From Klebsormidium nitens (lineage: Eukaryota; Plantae; Klebsormidiophyceae): a stretch of 64,000 nt of DNA. This document shows positions 1 to 12,700 of this stretch, piece after piece. The notes under the pieces are model-generated. The model did no database searches. It saw only the letters and a program-made list of their open reading frames with translations, and had not been told where the DNA came from. Location: the NCBI GenBank assembly GCA_000708835.1, contig DF237329.1, positions 1 through 64,000 on the forward strand, in the 5' to 3' direction. The position numbers and the translations under genes are program-made. Numbering within the stretch: the first letter of the stretch is position 1; every line of letters begins with the position of its first letter.

Positions 1-963
1 ATGACCATAGACTGATCAGGATTCAGTACGTGTAACGTGCGCCCGGACTTGGCAACTCCCTTTAATCTCCTGAGGGGCTTGTCTGTGAAGATTCAGGGGC
101 CCGGGCGATCTCAACCAATACCCCTAACCCAACAGATTACCCGCTTTACGGCACCCTTATTGAGCTAACCCCCGCGCCAACCCTGCGCGGCCCCCAGGCT
201 GTGAAGCTGACTCGGAGACAAACAGCACAAGCCCATCAGGGGAGACTTGAAGGGAGTTGCGCCAAAGTGGATGATGCCCGGTGATAGTACAGGTGTCCGA
301 GTCATCCGATGAGTTCTCTCGATTTCATGTTGACCAAGCGCCATGTGTTGACTTCCCGGAAGCTGTCTCGGGGTATCGTTAGCTTGGATTCGCGGGTTTA
401 GGGCGGGTATGGCCGGTTGCGAGGCTTGTCTTCTCAAGGTTTACACTTTCGGTTTCGGCCTTTCCCGAGCACGAACCTCTGCGAATCACAGTCTGGTCAA
501 CATGAAGTCGGAAAGTACCGTATCCGTATACGTGTCTTACGGCATTACTGGCCAAAGTTGAACCGAACCTTGGCAGCTGCTTCCGACTTGCCTAGACGAA
601 GGTAGACGTCGAAGTCAGAGCAGTTCTATAGTAGAGAGCCGAACTTCACAAGCTCCCGGCCCTCGGTTTCGGATGCTGACTATAAAGCAGCAAGCAAGCC
701 AGCATTTCAATCCAAGCCACTTGTCTGAACTTGCCAACCAAAGAGCTACCAGCTCGCACTTGCTTCAGCTCAATCCTAGCCCCCAGACCGTCTTACCACT
801 TCGCATCACGGAAATCCAAGCAGCCCAAAAAGCGACCTCCTACTTGCCTTCTCGTTCCCAGCCCCCAAACCGTCTTACCGCTTTGCAACCACTGTCGGAA
901 CATTCAAGCAGCCCAACGCCCCCAAGCATCAACCCCCCCTAACTTCCTGTGCGCCCAATCAAC

Positions 964-3900
964 ATGGGCACCCGCGGCGGCCAGCACTCAGTGACTTTGG
1001 CGACGCTCCTCCTGCTGTGTTTCCTCGGGGGATCCCTCAAGCTCACCGCCGCTCAGCAGGCCCCCGGCCCCGCGCCCGCCTCCGGGCCCACCCCGGGGGG
1101 ATCCCCCCAGCTCACCGCCGCTCAGCCTCCCCCCCCCACGCCCACCTCCACGCCCACCCCCCCCTCCGTATACCTGGACCCCGAGGGTGTCTGCCCCGAC
1201 GGCCCCGACGCGTGCTTCGCGCGCTTCAACGCGAGCTTCCCGAGGGCGTTCAACGGCAGCTCGGAGGTCGCGTACCGGAAGGGCGTCTTCTACGCAAACG
1301 TCCAGCTGATCGACGCCCGCAACCGCGAGAACCGCTCATACACGCTCGCAGTCAACGAGTTTGCGGACTTGACGCACGAGGAGTTTATCGCGAGCTACAC
1401 GGGGGCGGTTCCCCCCAGCGACGGAAGCGATGGGTCCGGCAGGCGGCTTTTGAGGGAGAAGAGGGGTTTTGCGGGTGCGGCGCGGCGCTCGTTGCTCAAC
1501 CTCCCGTCCTCCGTTGACTGGCGCACGACTGGGAAGCTGCAACCAGTCCTAAGCCAGACCTGCGGTGAGTGTTGTTTGGTTTTCGCTTCTCTGGTTACTT
1601 GGGGGATCACCTCGCATCTAAGAACTTTACAATAGGTTGATTTGGTGGCATCCAGCAGGGTGTTATCGATGGTACTTGACTGCACCCCCTAGCTAAATGA
1701 TATGATGTTTCCAATTGAAGCAGGCACCTTGATTACGACTACTCACAAGAAGAAAAAGTCTGAGCTCAAACCCCCTGTTTACGGATTCATGTGTTCTCAC
1801 AAAACCACCTCTCATTATGAAGGGCCCTTGATTATGGTCGACCCGAATGTGGTCCTCAACCCTATCCCTACTCAATCACAGAAAGCCTTCGCCCTTAACC
1901 AAGTCTGGATGAAGACAGTGAACCAGCTATAAACCCAGCTCCGCTTGGTAGAAGGCAACTTAACCAACCACAAACCAAACCCACAAATCAAACTTGCTCA
2001 ATCAAGGTTCCCATTCAATCCAACAGGGACCTGCTGGGCGCATGCCGCTACCGCCGTACTTGAGACGACGTTCAACATCGCGACGGGGCAGTATGTCAAG
2101 GGCTCTGAGGAGGAGATGATTGACTGCTTCCCTGAAGAAGCGGGAACAAGCTGCTCCGGGGGCGGGTGGCCTGGAAATGCGATGGATTGGGTCAAGGCGA
2201 ACGGCCAAACGACGGCGGCAAAGTACCCTGCCGTCTTTCACGCCGAGAAATCCATCAACCCGGCCTGCGACGCAGCAAAGGTGAGTGCCCTGTCCGGGTA
2301 ATGTGCTGGTCGGCATAGCTTATGAGCAACAGAGCTCTCTTTGCAAGCCGCTCAAAATTTGCACTAAGCTTTGCGGTGATCACCGAGCCTTCCGACAGGT
2401 GTTGTTACACTGCTCTTTAAGTACCTTTTGAGTTGTTATAGAGTAGGAGTAAGAGTAAGGGAGTTCTGAGTCGTAAGTTGTCGTTCAGGAGTTTTAAGAG
2501 ATGAAGGAGCCCCCTTCGGTTGTGCCGCCTCGCATCTGAAAAGCTCAGCCTTTCGTGCTGCTCTTCGCGTGCGCCCACAAGAGACGTGCCCAAAGGGAAG
2601 CCTAGAAGTCGTGTTACCGAGTACTGACGCAAGACTGCCTTCCCCTTCCTGCAGAGCGCCAGCGATGACATCACGGTCGACTACGTGTACCACCTGTCGC
2701 AGCCCTCGGAGGACGTCATCAAAGAGCAGCTCGTCAACGCCCCTGTCGTCGTCCTCTTCGCAGTCGGAGACGACTTCCAGTTCTACTCAAAGGTGAGCCG
2801 GCGCGTGATCCTATAATGGTGTCAGAGTCGAGCTGGTGTCAACAGGTGGAAACACATTGAGTTGTGTTGAACTGTACTAGTTAACCTAGGTTGTTGACAC
2901 GATAATCAGGGACTTACCCCTCACCTCATTTACGTTCTATGCAAGGCTTCGTGGCTCTAGCTTTGCAGATATGGCAGGTTTGCGACGTTGCAGAAAGTGA
3001 TACTCAAAATCAAATGCGCTCGTGCGGATTTTGTCAAAGTGGCCCGTGCTCGTGCGCCCATTTCTGATTGCCCGTTCACACCCGCCCGTTCACACCTGCC
3101 CTTTCCTATCCCTCCGTTCAATGCCGTCTGTGCGCCCCCCCGGCCTTTTCACACACGCCTGTTCCCACTGTTCCCACGCGCCTGTTCACACTCTCCCCTT
3201 CCACTGCAGGGCGTCTTCGACGGGCCGTGCGATACGACCGTGGTTATCAACCACGCGATGGCCGCCGTTGGATACGGTTCCGAGAACGGCGACGACTTCT
3301 GGATCGTGCGCAACTCGTGGGGCGCCACGTGGGGCGAGGCGGGGTACGTGCGCATCAAGAGGGGGGTGGACCAGCCGTACGGCCTGTGCAACATCCAGTA
3401 CCAGATCGACTGGGCGACCAAAAAGGGTGAGGCGCAATCACTAGGGGGAGTTTACTTTTAACCAGATTAAGTCGCATGGGCTGCAATGAATTGTTTTGAA
3501 TTGCTCAGGGAGTGATGGGTGTGATTTTGTTTGTTGGGCGTCAGTCTTGGCGCTTGCATCTGTATGGAAGCAAACTACTTCTCCGTCTACCCTTGTGGTG
3601 AAGTCGATTGCAAGGGAGCTGAAAGCAGATGAGATCGAATATCATCCAGTGCACGTGCTTGTTTCTTGCTTCATCGGGTCTCTATTGTGTCAGTGAGTCG
3701 GACTACGAGAAACCCTGGAAGGTCCAAAAGCAGCCGAAGCAATCTCGTCGCTGAGCAACGATTCTTTTGCGTGCCGAAAAACGTGCTGAACGCTGACGTG
3801 TGCTCCACGTGCAGCTCAAGGCTACTGCCAGCGCAACAACCCCTGCCAGAACAACGGACAGTGCATCGACGGGGGATCAGCTACCTCCTTCCAGTGCAAC

Positions 3901-5041
3901 TGCGTGACTCCTTACGAGGGGACGTACTGCGAGAGAATGCAGACTCCAGGTCAGCAGTCTGCGAGTCCCCATTCCGCCATTAGTAATTCGTCGACTGCTT
4001 CTTTTGAATTGTTCTATCTGACTTCTCATTTCTTCCCAGCTGAGTCGATGTCCATATATAGTCCTAGTGTCCGCAATATAGGCGGACCAGTATCCGCCCT
4101 TATTGCCGTTGTCTTTTGCCTGCTGGTTTGCGAATCAAAAATTCCTCTCTTCCATGCGCGCGCGCAAGAGAGAATTGAAAAAGACGTGCAAAGACGCTAC
4201 TTTAAACAGCTGCTCACGCAGATTTGATTTCCATTGCAGACTGCTTCTCCGCTAGCGAGTGCGACTTCTACTTTGAAGGATACCAGAGCTATGTTCCAAC
4301 CCTGTATCTGGGCCCTGGAACCGGGGACAACAGCATTAGCCCAGCTATCATCAATTCCAAGTGAGCGGAACAAATTTCAGTCACCTCACTTGCTCGACGC
4401 TGGTTCTCTAATTTGAGGATTTGGTCTAGCTTCGAAGTACCAGAGTAGACCCCATCCTTCCACACTCTGATGCGCTGTGAAATTCGATATTCAGTATGTT
4501 CAGAAACTGAAGGCATGTAGTCGTTCTTTCTCACAAATGCGCAAAAGCTAGGCGAAAGGATGAGAAAAAAAGTTGAAACCAGAAACCGCAAAATGGATGG
4601 CGCCCTCGGGCATCGGACAATCTTCAGAGTAAAACTGGTCCCTCAAAACTTTTGATGACACAACGTCCTTCGGCGAAGGCAGTTTAGTTGACGACCTGTC
4701 CCGAACGACGAAGTCCCGAAATCTCGAAGAAAGCTTCTCTAATCAAGGGATCCCCCTCTTTCAGGGACGGCGGCCAGCACGTCAACGTGATCAACACGAA
4801 CCAGGGCTACGGCGCGTACCCCCCCATTCCGAACGACAACCAGAACCAGTTCTACGGGGGGGGCAACTTCGTGCGCGATCGCACCTTTAACAACCCCCAG
4901 AACGTGAACGACTTCCGCGGCAAGTGCATCAAGCTCCGCCTGTCCAGCGTACAGCTGTCGGACGGAAACAACCTCAACCCCAACGACGGGAACGGGCAGT
5001 ACCCGGAGGAGCGCCGTTGCGTTGCTTTCAGAACCGCTTAG
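964..5041 (+). CDS. Secreted papain-like cysteine protease (C1A) with I29 prodomain, EGF-like module and unrecognised C-terminal domain; ~580 aa
   Basis: Exons 964-1564, 2027-2280, 2655-2792, 3210-3426, 3815-3949, 4240-4360, 4765-5041, all GT-AG with consistent phases (1743 nt). Signal peptide, Pro/Thr-rich spacer, ERFNIN/GNFD-like prodomain ([20 protein letters not shown]; AVNEFADLT), catalytic motifs QTCGTCWAH, INHAM, RNSWG. Exon 5 reads [35 protein letters not shown] (EGF-like six-Cys spacing). Confidence 0.88.
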
Positions 5042-6719
5042 GGAATTGGGCGGTGGACGTGAGAAATTGGTGTGTGAATTGTAGAGTTCCCGCCGCATTT
5101 GAAGCGGCTTAACTTATATTGGTGGTTTTGAGAGATTTGACTATTGACAGCGGTGTGTGTGTCGGATGTTGTCTCCGTTTCGAAAGGAAACGGGGCCTAG
5201 GTTGCAGGATAGCGATCTGATTTTGTTCGATAGAACATTGACATTGCCTTGTATGATGGGAAAAGAGGTCCGGTTTGTGTAATCCCTCGTAGGATGGACA
5301 TCTAGGACGCAATAAACGTAATGTCGCCTGGAAAGTGAATAACGTGCTAATGGTCCAATCTAGGTACGTTTACGAGTCATAGAATGGAGAATCTAGGAAC
5401 TTCGCAACAACATTTCACACTGGAAGTAGCCCTGGTACTATGTAGCTGATACGTTTTTAATCATATATTTAGATCATATTTTCGTACGGTATGATCGAAA
5501 AGATTGACCAAGAAAAGGTTGACCATCAACCAAGTGGCAGTAAGTTTGGGAAAGGAGGCACAATTTGAACTAGAATCAGAATAGCCGCATGAGGGAACAT
5601 AAGCATTGATATATATGCTGGATTTGATTTACTGCTGGACGAGCTTTTCAATTTAACATTGTATTAACATACAAGTTTTCCGAACGTTGTTTTGAGCGGA
5701 GTCAACCCTACGCTCCGGCACAGATCATGACAAGAACATGTAAATGCGCATACCATGAGTGAATTTTTCAAATGCCCGTGACACACTGAAGGATCAGATT
5801 CCATCATTGCGAGGAGCTGAGATTCAATGATTGCATGAGAGCTGAGAACTGAGAGCAAGCTCAGAGAAGAGGCCCGGGTCGAGGTACATCTCTCAAAACG
5901 CTGAGTGGGACGACCTAGCTGCTGGCCGCAAGGTGCCAGTGACTAGGCGAAAGCAGGCTTGAGGCTGTCTACCACCACACAGACAATAATTCTCTACATG
6001 GGAGCCCGTTCACCGTCACTTTGCTGGATATAGTGATGTAGATATGGTTTAAATTTTGCGGTACCTAGCCGCAGTATGCTTTTTAAAAAAGTTCAAGCTC
6101 CATGCATGCACTTTTTCTACATTTCGGGAAGAATTGCGAGCTTGACTCCGGTCCCGTTTCATTCATATTTGATGATGCGAGTTGCAACGATGTTTGCAAC
6201 TGCTCATTGGCAATTTAATCACAACGATGAAAGGACTGAGAAGCCGGCCAGGTGTACTATTTGTTATTAGCTTGCTGCATCGCGCAGGCTTTCAACTTTA
6301 TCAAAAGTTGACAGTAGCTTTCGTATAAGGCGGTTACTTTTGCAGTCGGAAGGCTCGGGACTGCAAACCCCTCTCACCAGATGCACTCAGATAGACAAAA
6401 CGTGATATCATTCTAAATCTTGGTAGCAACGCACCGTCGCCAGCATTTGCCAAAACTAAATGCATGTTGATAAAAGTTGCTCGGGTCTGCATCAAGAAAT
6501 TGGTTTGCTAAATTGTCGTCTGTGCTTCGCTATTTGCCTCGCCGGAATCGTCCATCTCATGAAACACCTGCTGCTCGCCAACGCCTGTCAACACGAGTCT
6601 CGTGTTCCTGCAAATTGCTCAACTTGCTTGCGTGACATACTAAGAAGTGCGATGCCAAAGTACAGAACGAACATCCGAAAGCCCAGAGTGACCCACAAGC
6701 TTTCTCAGCCTCCGTCGCT

Positions 6720-9700
6720 CTACTCCACCTTCAGCGGCTTGATGTTCCAGATCTCCTCGGCGTACTGCTTGATCGTGCGGTCGGAGGAGAAGACGCCGCT
6801 GCCCGCCGTGCTCATGATGGACATCCGGGCCCACCGGTCCTGGTCAAGGTACGCCTCGTCCACCTTCTTCTGGGCCTGCACACGAACGCCGCCGTCATGC
6901 TGACGTCAGCATCTCGGGGAAATGATTGCCGCCATCATGCTCACGTCGGCATTCCGCTGCTTGCTTCCCCAGACTTCAAGACGAGGTAATTGCCGATTCC
7001 GGGGTTTGGACCACTCGGCATGGGCGTCGGGTGTCCTGGCGGTTGGAGGTCTACGGCGCAGGGCTCGTGATGCGACAAGCCTTTCAACTCGTCTGATATG
7101 ACGATTTGGTATATACACTCATTGAAAGCACATTCGAAGTCTTCGCTCAATCCAAAAACATTAGTTGCGCTTGCCTTGGTATCTCTGTTCAAGCAAACAA
7201 TTCACAACGGAAATGCTCAACTTGCCACATGCCGCGGAACAAGCCCATTTTACCGCCCACCAACAAAAGATGACGAAGGGCAAGCGATCTGGTACAAGTG
7301 ACGGCCGCAAAAAGCGGTTGAGACGGCGCTGCCAGTCACTTACCCACGACCACAGTGTTTGTCACCAGCCGCTTACCAGAAGGGCACGCCACAAGGAGGA
7401 GGAATGGAGAAACTTAGCCGGATTATATCTCCGCTAGCCCCTTATCAAAAGAGCACCCGAAAAGAAGGAAAGACTAGAGGCACAACGCAAACACGATCAA
7501 AGGAACCAAACACAGAAGAGAAAGATAAAGAGATAATATAGATCTAGCAAGAAGCTTACCTCCAGATAGGTCGCGAAGTCCCGGCCGACCAGGAAATAGT
7601 CGCCCCGCCCAAAGCCGCTGTTGCCCTCCAGCGAGTCGAGCAGGGGCTGGTAGTCGTAGTCGCCGAAGGCCTTGCTGCGGACGAAGTCGCACGCCTCCAC
7701 GAAACGCGGGTCGGGCAGAAACTGCAGCGATACGAAGCGGTGAGTTGAATCTGACTCGAAGCGGGGCCTTTGGATTTGGTGTCTTTGTTGAATGCTTTTA
7801 TTCGGACCGATGAAAGGTTCTAGCTACACACTTCGTTCTATACCTACAAGCACCTTGCTGTACACTCACGTTTTAAGATACTGCCAGAGTACCCTCTCTT
7901 TTAAATCCTGCCCGATCACGACAACGTCAGGTTCGTATCTGCGGCGCGGTATTCGAGTTCCAGTAACCAGGAGCCCAGTAAAGCAAGCAGCGAATTCGAT
8001 GTGGTTGCACGCGCTTGCAGCGTGCTGCGCCGGGCAAGCGACAGACCCGACCACCGGCGCACCGCTTTGCACTGTCTCACAACCGGCTTTACACGACTGC
8101 GTCTCCAGAAACCATGCGGAAATGCTCCGTACTCTGCACAGCAATTTGTGTGAAACTTGCACCGGCGATGGGCCTGGATTTCTCGGTAACACAATCTTGG
8201 ACCGCGCGATCCCCTCTGGACACCGATCGGACGGTCCAAGATCATACCAAGCAGGTTTCGATTCGCGCGAGGGTTGCCATTCCAGACAAACAGCCGTAGT
8301 AACGCTTCCTTACCTTGCCCTCCTCTCGCTCCTTCCTTGCAATTGGCACCTCGTCTGCCGTGATCCCAAATAGGAAGAAGTTCTCCTCGCCGACCTGTTC
8401 CCGGATCTCCACGTTGGCGCCGTCGAGCGTGCCGATGATGAGGCAACCGTTGAGCGCGAACTTCATGTTGCTCGTCCCGCTGGCCTCCATGCCCGCCGTG
8501 CTGCGGAGCAGACACGTCAGCACACGTCAGCAGAGGCTACGTCAGAACCGCGCCAGCACGTCAGCAGAAGCTACGCAGGCATCGGCTTTGCAAATCGGAC
8601 ATCAAGCTCTGATGTCTTCTAGACTAGGGTTGAAGAAGCCGATGACTCCGCTGCGATGCTGGGTGAAGGCGGATCGCATTTCAAGTGACAGAACCCATGG
8701 AAGGAGAACGTGGACTCCAGTTTTCGTTCTGGACCCCCACACTGCTTGGTACCCCATGCGCGCGCGACCGAGCTGGCTGGTTACAATCAACGTCACCCGG
8801 TCTCTTGGTCCCATGCCCGGGGACGCGGAACTAGGTCTATGTACGTCTATTTGAGCCCTCGGTTTGAATTCAATCGGCCGGTCGAGAGTAGGTAAACAAG
8901 GTTACCGGTAATACGCGTGTGGCAAGTGCCGCGGCAGCCTAGCCCCCAGCTGCTCGCGCATAGGTATACCAACCAGTGTGGGGGTCCAGAATGAAAACTG
9001 GAGTCCACGTTCTCCTTCCACGGGTTCTGACAGAAACCTTACAGCTCTCGCAAAAATTGATAATTACATGTAAGCCGAACAGCGCGGACTCTGTCGGGAA
9101 TCAGGTAAACAGCAGGACCGCAGAAACGCCAAACTTGCCTGATGTGCTGTGAGAGCTCGCTTGCAGGGATGGCCGTCTCGGCGACCGTCACGTTGTAGTT
9201 GGTCAGGAACACCACCTGAAAGGGGTTCAATTTCGGTTACATACGGGTTTGCGAGACCCGATGATTTGACAGACCCAGCTTGACACGAAACGAATGCCAA
9301 TAGGAGAGGCATGGGACTGTGCTCGACAGCTCGCTCTCAGAACACGGGAGTGTTGATTAGCTTCCGAGAAATCCACCTGAATCTCTCGCAATGAGCTTAA
9401 CGCAGATTTCTTGTCACTTTTGAGAAGGAGCTGATTGCTTGTTGGCCCACAACGGCCGGCCAGGACAAAAAGAACATCACCTCAAATTCGTCACAAATAG
9501 GATGAGCAAGACCCTGCTACTTTGAGGCATACTCAGTCCTTGACGGCGTTCAGAAGCGTCTGGCCAGGATGGATTGCCTTCTGGGTTTTCACTTTAACGG
9601 ACCGTTAACCCCAGTGCAAACCAACTCCTAACTCCCTCCCTAACTCCCAACACCCTCACCTTGAGCAGGTCCCCAATCTTCGCGTCGTTGTTAACCACGG

Positions 9701-12700
9701 AACCAACGTCGGTAACCAGCTTCACGATGCGCTTGGCCTGCGTGTACGTGGCAAACGCCTTGCCGCCGAACATGACGACACGCGGCACGACCTTGGCGCG
9801 CTCCTCGGGGGACATGGCCTTGAGCTGCTTGTACCGGTAGATGACGCCCAGGATGTTGAGCAGCTGCCGCTTGTACTCGTGGATGCGCTTGATCTGCGAA
9901 GGCCGGATATAAACTTTCAGCACCTTTTACAACCTGGACCTTTCAGAAGTTCATGGTTTCAGGTCCTTTTTGGGCCTCGTTGGTTACTTAGCGAAGATTG
10001 ATTGTGCAAATTGCTACTGTTGCAACAACGCTTTGGCAAGCGCTCGGGAAGCACTATGCAGCAAGAAAGCAACTCAAAGATATCTGTTTGTGAAGCTGTC
10101 TCTAGCATCACTGTTCGGGCTTCTTCTCACAAGTTCCACTCCTCAAGTCTCACAGGCGTGAAGTGAAGGCTACGGAAGAATCTACATATTTCTCTTCTTT
10201 GAGCTCTTGAGTTGCGCAAAAGCTGTCTTCTTCAGAGCCACGCACAGTAGCCCGCGTTCAGTTCAACAAAGGCATCGCCCTTTCATGAAGTCAACGCGAG
10301 CGCTCCTCCAACCTACTCGAGTAACCATTTGAACGCCCTCTGTCACCATCGCATCGGCTTTACTGACGTTGGGCGAACAGCATATGCGGACGGCGGGGTA
10401 TTATAGCATACCTGAATGTCGAAGAGCGCGCTGGGGTTCACGGTGACGCCGATCTTGTCCTTGATGTAGCCCGCGAGGACCTCCTTGGCGGCCTTCTTCG
10501 CGGACACCCACTCCTCGTGCAGCTTCTTGTCGTCCGCAAACTGCGGGCAGAGAGATGGAGAAACGATGATGTGCCACACGGTCACAAACGGGGGTTTGCA
10601 AAAGCATTACGAGGATTTGTCAAGGAACCTGAGGCGTCAATATTCCCGGATTAATACGAGGCGCCCGGCGGAGACTTGTTTAAGAGCGCCGTACTGCCAC
10701 CGGCAGACGTCCAAAACGTGTAAAACCTTTTTGTCAAAAACGGGTCGTCCACGATTGAATGCCGTCAATCGAATAGAATTTGAAAGTTTTCGTGTCGCCT
10801 CAGATTCTCAAGTATCATGTACAGTGCCACGAAGCGCCAGACTGTCGTTGGCGCGACTCTGACCAGTCGTATCTTCGACCCTGCTTCCAAGCGCTAGTGT
10901 ACTGGCCTTGCAAAGCAAGTCGAACCCAAAGATGAAGAGAACTGCGGACGTCCGGACGCGACCCACCTTCCGCAGCCCAGTCAGCTTGGTGATGTCCGTG
11001 ACCCACTGGCTCGTACACCAAAACGCTACTGTTCAAATGTGGCCTTTCAAAACAACACCAACTAGGAATCGCGCAATTTACGGACGTCCGGGGACGGGAC
11101 TCACCTTCCGCAGCCCAGTCAGCTTGGTCGTGTCCGTAACCCACTCGTCGCTCCCGAGCCACTTGCTGATCACCGCGCTCAGCTTCGGGTTGGCAAACTT
11201 GAGCCACCGGCGCGGCGTCACGCCGTTGGTCTTGTTCTGGAATTTATGCGGCCACATCTTGTAGAAGTCGTTGAACGTCTCGTTCTTCACGATGTCGGAG
11301 TGGATCTGCGCGACGCCGTTCACCACCTGGGCCGCGATGACGCACAGGTTGGCCATGCGGACCACCTGCGGATGACAATGATGACGTCAGTGCTTGCGCG
11401 ACCCTGACATCCGAGCGCGGGACCAACGTGTTCAAGGAGGATATTGCCTGCAATATTCACTAGCGTGCGAGATCAAGCCTCCACTTTCACGACCTGGGCC
11501 GCGATGACGCACAGGTTAGCCATGCGCACCACCTGCGGATGACAATGATGACGTCAGTCGTTGCGTCGTAGTGCGTATGCAAGCCCTGAACTATTGTAAC
11601 GTTGTCGACATTGCCTGCAGATTCTCCGATTTTGTGCCACATGAAGCTTCAGCGTTCATGACCGGGGCCGCACACGTTGGCCATTCGCACAACTTGAGGA
11701 ATGCGTCCATCTCTTGAATGGAACCCTACGCCATATAAAAGTTGCTGACCCTGCAAGTCTCTGACATGATTGCCAGCAATTGATCCGATCATATATTCGT
11801 ACCCAGCGAATGTAACCCTGTGCGTAAGCATGCGCCTAAATACGGATGTTGTCGTTCCGAAGAGTCTTCTTTTCAGACCGGACCACACGAAGTCATTTCA
11901 TCCAGTCTGCGGCCGCACAAGCGCGTAACACATGTGTCAGATCTCGTCTCCTGCTAATAAATTGAAATGCGCCGTTGAGAACCGCATCCGCAAACCAAGG
12001 TCCCCAAGTCAGACAGTGTCTCTCCAACTTGCCCGTCTGAAAGCAGCGCACCATTTCTGTAATCCTCAGAAAATGACGCTTTACCTGCTTGGGCGGCTCC
12101 CCCCCGTTCTGTGTGGCCCCCAGCTCCTTCTCGTCATCAGAGAGGACTCCACCCAGGATACGCAGCCGGCTGATCAGGTCGGCCAGCTCCTCCTTGGAGG
12201 CGGACTTGTGCTGCTCGCGCAGGCTGGCGATGAACTGCGTGGATGGAGGTGCAAAATGGTGGTGAAACATGTGTTCAAAAAAGGGTTAGAAGTTGGGTAA
12301 GAGTAAAAGAGAAAATAAAGAAGGCACTCGAACCAGGGCTTCAACGTCGTGAAACCTTAAGGGTTTGGGCACAAAGTTGAGGTCTTAGTCTTTCGGCCGA
12401 GTCCTGCTTGCTGGGTTGGACTTTCAGACTCAAGGGCGTGGATTTGCTAACGAAGTTTGGCGTTGGATCATGAGAGAAAGGGACTATCATGTAGGAACGG
12501 CTGAACGCAAACTAAACCAATTATCGTTAAAATACCAACTCACCGCTCGCCCTGACCACTCAACTTGATACAGGGAACGACGCACCGACCATTCCATGCC
12601 TACTCCCTGAACCCAATCATACCAAGCGGAACAAACAGCGTCTAGCAAACGGTGCAGACAGCTACTTCTGAATGGCAGTCACAGGAGAAATGTCGCGCGT

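Noticed and set aside
780-915. Two imperfect ~50-bp direct repeats upstream of the protease ATG
   Set aside because: Real but short and degenerate; no function or element class can be supported.
7792-8854. Long ORFs 7792-8373, 7916-8515 and 8315-8854
   Set aside because: Antisense or off-frame shadows of phosphorylase exon 14 and its introns.
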